Source of the DNA: an uncultured Pseudomonadales bacterium
Lineage (GTDB): Bacteria > Patescibacteriota > Microgenomatia > UBA1400 > PJMF01
Reading direction: 5' to 3'
Assembly (NCBI GenBank): GCA_964406075.1
Contig: CAYOQI010000004.1
Location: 57,718 to 121,717 of the forward strand
DNA length: 64,000 nt
The notes under the pieces are model-generated. The model saw only the letters and a program-made list of their open reading frames with translations, was not told where the DNA came from and did not search any database. The position numbers and the translations under genes are program-made. Positions 42,701 through 51,700 of the stretch are shown here, in pieces (within the stretch, counting starts at the first letter, position 1; every line of letters begins with the position of its first letter).

Positions 42701-45700
42701 ACAATGAACTCGGAGCCACAGATAGAAGTGTTATCTTTAACGTCTCGGGATCGCAGTCAGAAGATATTGTCTACACTCTTCCTCCTGATAATGGAGCTGC
42801 TGACAACTATGTTCTTACCACTGATGGGTCAGGTGTGTTGCAGTGGGAATCAGTTTCCGGAGCTGGTGGCGGAACAGGTGATGTTACCGATATCGTTGCT
42901 GGCAACTACATTGATGTTCAAAATGCTGGTGGCCCAAGCCCAACCGTGGACTTTGATCCAACTGAACTTGAAAGTGTGACCTGGGGAGCACAAACTGGTG
43001 CTTCATTTACCTGGACGTTTAATGCTTCATCTGGCACTGATACCAGTATCGCCTTTGCGGATGGCAGTATCTCCCCCACACTCGCTGCAACTGGACTATT
43101 CAATGTCTTAACTGGAAATTTGAAGGTCGGAAATGGAACACCTGGACTTTCGCTCGATGGTGAAGATGCATATATTGAAGGCACTTTTGAAGTGGACGGC
43201 GCATCTCAATTTGATGGTGCTTTGACAACTAATGGAACGTTAACCGCAAACGGCCAGTTCACACTCGGAGATAATGGTGATACTGGGGCTATTAATACCT
43301 CAGATTGGGATATTTCTACTACTGGTAGTCTCACAGGAATTTCTGGAATTGCGAATGACGGAAGCTATACCCAAACCGGATCAAGTGCAAATGCATTTAC
43401 AGGTGTAACAACATTTAACACTGATGTTGATTTCACCTTCGCTGATACTGAAAATATTGCCATTACTAATACCGTAACAGGCACAAACGGTCTCGATCTT
43501 ATTTCTGCTATTATCACAAATCAAACTTCCTCTGGAACTCAAAGAGGTATTGTTATTTCTAATGCGAACGATGCTGCCAACGCCTCAACTGAGTCATTAA
43601 TCTTCTTAGACAATGCCGAAACTACCGCTTCTACCCTTACAGACGCAATACTCATTACTTCATCTGGTGCTGATGGTGGCATTGTCGATGCCATTGATGT
43701 TTCAGCTGGCAACATCACCAATGCGCTCAATGTCGGTGGGAATAATATCATCGGAACAACAGCAGTCATAAACTTTGATAACTTTGACATTGATGGTTCA
43801 GGAAACCTCGTAACTGCTGGAACATTAACAGCTGCCACGAATGAAACAATTAATGGGGTTGATATCAATGCTGGAACTGTTTCAGATGTGGTGAATTTAA
43901 CAATCAATTCTGGTGGTGACTTAACTATTGGTTCAATCGGTCTCAATGATGTCGGATCAGACAACATCACCTCTGGGGCTTCCCTAGTTGGCATGTTTGA
44001 TGAGTTTGATAACTCTGCGTCCACCACAGTTCAAGATGTTATTGATGACATTGATGCAGCTATCGGGAATCGAACCTACACTGCTGATAACTATGTGACT
44101 GACGGTCAGAGTTTAACCGCTTCGATTGATGCCCTTGATGTTGCTCTTGCTGCTGTCTCCGGTGGTGCGTACACGGGCTGGGATTTAGATGGTGATTCCG
44201 GAACCGCCGAAACCATTGCTAATGGCAATACGGTCAATATCCTCGGTGGCACCAATGGAATTGATACCGTCGTAAGTGCGACTGATACTTTAACTATTAA
44301 TTTAGATACTACGGAAATTGGTACAAGCACTTTTGGATCTGGATCAGGTTTTACTTGGACTTTTGACGCCGGTGCTACTGATCCCACACTTGCCTTTGCA
44401 AGTAACGCCATTACTATCGGGGGTGCTGCTACACTCAACTTTGGCGGTACTCTTGACCTCGGAACAAACACTCTCAGTGATGGCAACTTTAATGGTAACT
44501 GGGCATTTAATAGTGGAAATCTCTCCGGGATTGGAACCATCGGTGCTTCTGGTGCGATTACTGCTGCAACCGATGAGACCATTAACGGCGTTGATATTAA
44601 TGCAGGGACTGTTTCTGATGTGGTGAATTTAACAATCAATTCTGGTGGTGACTTAACTATCGGGTCAATCGGACTCAACGATATTGGTTCAGACAACATC
44701 ACTTCCGGTGCTTCTTTAGTTGGAGTCTTCGATGAGTTTACTAATTCAGATGGTCTTAATGTACAAGATGTCCTTGATGACTTTGATGCTGCTATTGGTG
44801 CAGGTTCTAGTAAATGGACAGACTCTGGTACTGTTACCTACTTAACTTCTACTACTGATGACTTAGCCGTGGGAGGATCCACTGTCCTGGCTTCCATGTT
44901 TGGCATTGATGAATCGGCAGGAAATTTCTACTTTGGCTATGACAACTCAGTTTCCCCTACCTTCAACTTTGAAGCCTCTGATGGTGATGCCGGAGAGTTT
45001 GGTTTTAATACCAGTGATTCCTTCTTCTTTAGTAACGCCTTAGTTGGTATTGGAACTGCAAGTCCAAGCGAACAGCTAGAAGTTGGAGGAAATATCGAGC
45101 TAACTGCTGCAGTTCCTCGTCTTGCGTTTGACAATACGAACGGTGATAACGATTGGTATATACAAGCTTCAGCCACTGGCTTTCAGTTTAGAAACTCATC
45201 TGATAACGTCAACTACCTTTTGATCAATCAAACAGGTCTTGTAAGCATTGGTGGAGATGATTCCCCTGATTATCTGCTAGAACTTTATGATGCCACAGCC
45301 ACTCCTACATTTGCCTTATCTGATGATGATGTTACACACGGACTCACAACACTTGCTCAGACAGATGTGTTTTCTCATCTAACATCACTCTCAACCACAG
45401 CCGGAGGTGCAGAACTTACCACAATCAGTGACACAGATGCTCAAGCACTATCGATCCGAGGCGTGATTGGTTCTACTGACCCGACCGATACGACTCCAGC
45501 AGTTAAGCTTGTAGGTGCAAAGAGTAATGGAACAACCGGTATGGCAGATCTTGGTGCAGCAGAAACAGTATTCCAAGTTGCAAACAATGATGACGCTTCA
45601 GCATTAACAATACTTGGGAATGGAAATGTTGGGATCGGTGATACAACGCCAGCTGCACTTCTGACCGTTGGAACATCAGATGCATTACAAATTGATGCTT

Positions 45701-48700
45701 CTGGAAATGTTGTGACGACTGGAACAGTAACTGCAGCTACGAATGAAACAATTAATGGAGTTGATATTTCAGCAGGAACGGTTTCCGATGTGGTGAATTT
45801 AACAATTAACTCAGGTGGTGACTTAACTATTGGTTCAATTGGTTTGAATGATGTTGGAAGTGACAACATCACTTCTGGAGCATCGCTCGTTGGTGTGTTT
45901 GATGAGTTCACCAACTCAAGCGCAACAACAGTTCAAGATGTCTTAGATGATCTCGATGCAGCAATTGGTGCTGGGGCAAGTAAATGGACTGATGGTGGAG
46001 CTATTACCTACTTAACAGCAACAACAGATGACCTCGCTGTCGGTGCTTCCAACACTCTCACTGCTCCTTTCTCTGTCGATGTCTCTGCCAACTTAGTCAG
46101 AATCGGTACTGGTTCAACAGCCAATGCTCAACTTGACATGTATGCTTCAGATGGCGACACAGGAAGTCTTATTTACAATACTTCAGATCAATTTAACTTC
46201 ACCGGTGGTGATGTCTTGATTGGTCAGGCATTAACAGTAACTGGAACAACTACCGCCAATGGTGCCTTTGATGCCAATGGTCAGTTCGATCTTGGAGATG
46301 GTGGCGATGCTGGAACAATTTCTGCAACTACGCTAGACATTGATGCCACAGGTGCTCTTCAAATTAACTCCTCAGGTGGAGCTATTGGGATTGGTAATGA
46401 TGCTGTTGCTCAAGCAATTAACATTGGCACTGGTGCTGCAGCTCGAACCATCACTATGGGAAACAATACCGGTGCTTCAGCGCTCCAACTTACCTCAGGA
46501 ACTGGCGACATTACTTTGACATCAACTGACGATATCTTATTCACTCCTACTGACGATATGCTCGCAACCTTTGCCGCAGGCTCAGCATTTACTATAGATG
46601 CTGCAACCACTGATACGACAGTAACCGGCGGAGTTCTTGCCCTTGATGTCGATGCTGGAAATGCGGCTGTGATTGGAATTGATTTAGATTTTTCTCAATC
46701 AAGTGGAGCAACGACAGGGACAGATGCTATTGGTCAAAACATCGCTGTTTCAGCCAATGATGCAGATGGTGATGTATTTGGACTTTCAATCCGATCAAAT
46801 GCCACAGCCAATGCTGGAGTGGGTTCTTATGAGGCATTAATTCGACTAATTAATGCTGAAGATACCGCCTCGGCTGTAACAGACGCTATTTTAATTGACT
46901 CAACTTCAGGCGTAGACGGTGACATCATTGATGCGATCGATGTTTCTGATGCAAATATCACCAACGCTTTGAATGTTGGCGCCAACAATATTATTGGTAC
47001 TTCAGCTGTTATCAATTTCTCAAGCTTTGATGTAGATGCTTCAGGAAATACGATAATTGGTGGAACACTCGACGTCACTGGAATTTCAACTCTAGTTGGC
47101 AACTTGAACGCAAACGGTGGTCTTGATGTCGATAACGCATTCGTTGTAGCGGATGGTGGAGTGTTAACCACCTCTCAAACTGCTAACTTTGATGGCACAG
47201 CTGACTTTGATGGTGCTGCCGACTTCTCCGCTGGAGTTACAAACTCTGCAGGTGAATTCTTAGTTTCAGGTGGAAACCTCCAGCTCAATGACAATATTAA
47301 TTTGACGGTTGGAACTGGTGATGACTTAACTATCGTTCACAATGGAACCAACACACTTCTCACTTCCGTAACGGGTGACTTAATCTTTGATAATACTTTA
47401 GTAACTGGTTCTACTATCTTTGATCTTGGAACCGATACCTCTGCAACTGACTTCTTAATTCGAAACAATTCTGGAACTCAACTTCTCAGCATGAACGGTG
47501 CTGGTGCATTCCAACTTGGATCAAATGGTCAAGATGGCCAGTTCATTCTCTATAACGAACTGGGTGGAACTGACTACACAAATACAATTAACCCAAGTGG
47601 TTCTCAATCTCAAAATATTACCTATACCCTCCCTCCAGACGACGGCGGACTAAACTACGTTCTTACCTCAGATGGTAGTGGTGTACTCACCTGGCAGTCT
47701 GTCGGTGGAATCGGAGCTGGTGGAGATTTAACTGACATTGTTGCCGGAAACTACATTGATGTCCAAAATGCTACCGGGCCAAGTCCTACAATAGATTTCG
47801 ATCCAACCGAACTCGAAACCGTGACCTGGGGTGCCCAAGCTGGATCTTCCTTTGCTTGGACATTTAACGCGTCAAGTGGCACTGATCCTGTCATGACATT
47901 TGCCGATAATGCCATCACTCTTACAGCTGCTACCACTACTCTCTCTGGAGATCTTGCGATCAATGGTGGAAATGTCACAACCGCGACCACCTTTGACTCA
48001 ACACTGACAGCAACAGGGACACTTACAGCAAATGGAGCCCTTGATGCTAATGGTCAGTTCGATCTTGGAGATGGTGGCGATGCTGGAACAATTTCTGCAA
48101 CTACGCTAGACATTGATGCCACAGGTGCTCTTCAAATTAACTCCTCAGGTGGAGCTATTGGGATTGGTAATGATGCTGTTGCTCAAGCAATTAACATTGG
48201 CACTGGTGCTGCAGCCAGAACAATCACAGTGGGAAACAATACCGGTGCCTCCGCACTCCAACTCACCTCAGGAACCGGAGACATCAACTTGAATTCTGCC
48301 GATGATATTTTCCTGAGTCCAAGTGATGACCTTACGGCCTTCATCACCGCCGTTGGTCAATTTACTATTGATGCGGCAACAATTGATAGTCAGAATACCC
48401 TCGGCGCATTTAGACTTGATATTGATAGCTCTACATCAGGGACTATTGGATTCTTGACCAACTTTAGAGCTATTGATGATGACGCAGCCGACATTCTCTA
48501 CGCCAATCGTACTGATGTCACAATTCAAGATGATACCACTGCTTCTGACACCGTCTATGGAAATTATATTAGTCTCATTCAGAATGACACCACACCAGCA
48601 ACAACATATGGCTTAGCGGTAGTAGCAGAAGATGCTGGTACTTCCCCTGTCTCTACTGGAATCTTAATTGAAAACTTACAAGCAACTGATATTGATCTCA

Positions 48701-51700
48701 CCGATGGTCTGTTGATCAGAGCAACAACAGATGGTTCATTAGTAGATGCTATTGATGCGTCAGATGCAGAAATTACCAATGCCTTAAATATTGGGGCAAA
48801 CACAATCTTAGGAACAACTGGGGTTATCGATTTCACTAACTTTGATGTTGCAGCTACAGGTGCGCTCTCACTCTCTACCGCCGGAAATACCTCAGCCTCC
48901 TTCACCAGAACATCTGCTGGTCAATGGATGGCATTCAACGATGGCACCGATACTTGGGGTATTTACAACACCGCTGGTAGTCCTGAAGCATCGTTGACCG
49001 CAAATACTGGAGCCCTCGCAATGGATACAACCAATGGAACTCTCTATGTCAAAACTGATGATGGCGATAACACAGGGTGGGTAAACCTCGCTTCCGGTGC
49101 TTCTTCACCTTGGACTGATTCAGGGACGACTTCCTACTTAACCGATACTACAGATGAAGTAGTGATTGGTGGAGCTTCCCCACTTTCCAGTGCCAAATTT
49201 TCAATCGATGGAGATGCGGATCAAACTCAACTACTTGTCCAAGGCAATGCAACTCAAACCACAGACCTCGCAATCTTTGAGAACTCAGCGGGAGCAGATC
49301 AATTCAACTTCAGTAATACTGGAAACTTGATTGCAGCTGGAGACATTACTGCCACTGGTGGAACATTCAACGGTGCATCTGGAGAAAGTATTGACCTCGG
49401 AGTCGCAAGCTCAGATGTCCTCACCTTCACGACTGGAGCCTCAACTGAACTACTCCTTTCCACAACTAACTTAACAGCTGGAACAGCTGAAGGAAACTCA
49501 CTTGGATCTGCAACAGTAGAATGGGAACAACTCTTCCTTGGTGATAACAATGGAATTTCCTTTGGTCTCGATCAAGATTGGTCATTTGGTTATGATGAAG
49601 CTACAGATGATCGACTTGAATTAATCACAGCAGGAACGTCTGGAATGTTAATCCAATCCGCAACGGCTACTGGCAACGGATTAGCACTTACTTTTGATTC
49701 ACTCTCAACCGGTGAAGGACTCTACTTGTCTTCTACTTCAACAGCATTAACATCAGGTGGACATCTTGGTCTCTTCGAGTGGAATCCTGGAAGTGCCAGT
49801 TCGACCACCGCAGATCTGTTTAGTATCAATATTGGAAGTAACGCCACTGTGCTGGGAGATATCTTTAATGTTCAAGATAACGGCTCTGATCTTTTCTCCG
49901 TTGGAGAAGCTCAAATTACCTCTGCTCTTCCCCACTCATTTACCGCAGCCGGCGATGTATCAGTGGCCTACGATCTCCAATTTACCAATCAAACTGCTAG
50001 TTATTTGAAAACATACGGCCCACTTCAGATCGAAGCTGGTGAATCGTTTGAATCAAATAACTTAACGATAAAAACATATAACTCAGGTGACGTCGTCATT
50101 GATCTACCAGCCACCGGCCAAATGATCGTACAAGGTGCGTTCTCAATTGGAGATCAGCAAACACTTCCTGCCGGAACCACACCTTCCGTAGCCGGTGGTT
50201 CACACTACATTGGAAACGCGAATGGATTGATCACCAACTTCACCAGTGGAACTGCAGGTCAGATCCTAGTACTTGAGTTCGATGGAACTTCGACTGACCT
50301 CGACTGTAGCACTGCCGGACCGATTCGTTGTGGAAGTACAGATATCACTACCCAACAAGCAGCCGGTGACATCATTACCTTCATTTATGACGGAACAAAC
50401 TGGAACATGATCGAGTATGTAGCACTGGACGCAGACTCTACAGCTGGAGCTGACCTTGCCGAGTACTACCCCGCTTCTGAACACTTAGAGCCAGGTGACA
50501 TCGTCAGTATTGATTCAACTCAGCCAGTGATGGTGGAAAAATCTCACGAGTCTCATCGTCAACGAATAATGGGTATCGTATCAAGTGATCCAGGATTATT
50601 ACTTGGTGAAGAAGCGGATAATTCTTACCCCATCGCCTTGGCAGGGCGTGTGCATGTAAAAATGTCAGAATCATCTGAAGCTATTCAACCCGGCGACTTA
50701 GTTGGAGTTTCTCAGGAAACCGGAAAAGCCAAAAAAGTAAACTCTGGATATACAGTTGGCCGTGCTCTTGAATCATGGGATCCAAACTCTGGCGATCGAG
50801 ATGTGGTGGTATTTGTGAACTTATCATATATTCCCGTAGATTTAGCTTTAAATAATGATGGTCAAGTCAGCTCAAGCTACTCACTTATTACGACGGATTC
50901 TCTTGAGTACGCGATTCGCGATCTGAACAATGGACAGGATATTCAACAAACCTTAGTCTTGGCCGAATCATTGATTGGACGACTGGAAACCGGAAGTATA
51001 GTTACTCGAGAATTACAAGCTCAAAGTATCGAAACTGAAGACTTCCTCACGAATAACGCCACAGTATCTGGACAACTCAATGCCAACTCTGCAGAAATTA
51101 ACTCATTGAGATTTGAAACCGCCACAGTGGCGGGTCAACTTTTCTTATCAGATGGACGAAGTGTCGGCTCATTACTGGATGAAAATGATGCCTACTTAGC
51201 TTCCCTCTCAGCTCAGACCCAACAACTCGCACAATCATTTAGTGAGCAAACTGTCCCAGGCACATCCACAGCCTTTGATGAATTCCTCGCTCAACTGACA
51301 GGTACAGAAGACGCTTCTCTCTCAGCTGCCTTAGCAGCAATTCAGAATCAAGAAGATATTGAACTCGATGCAGAAAGCATGGTCCTGGCACCAGACGCAG
51401 TCTTTGTCAAAGAATACTTGAATGTCACCGGCTTCACTCAATTAACTACGGCCAGCATTTCTCAATCACTTACTGTGGGAGATGGTTTACTCTTAACTCA
51501 AGATACGATCGCCACAGCAGAGGAAACACTCTATATCCAACCAACTGCCGGATCACTGAACTTACTCGCCGGTTTGATGACACTCACTCCAGATGGAAAC
51601 GTCACGATTAACGGTGATCTGACTGTTACTGGAATCGCTTCCATTACTGATGGAGTGAAAACTAGTCAGCTCTCTCCAAATGACTTTACGCAAGATTTGA

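Noticed and set aside
37617-50484. About 25 antisense or alternative-frame ORFs of 60-200 aa inside the giant fibre gene (e.g. 43539-44027, 44106-44702, 45441-45914).
   Set aside because: They lie entirely within, and opposite or out of frame to, the uninterrupted 15.4-kb ORF. Their low-complexity translations (SPV, TSET and similar) mirror the sense-strand repeats. They are shadow ORFs, not genes.
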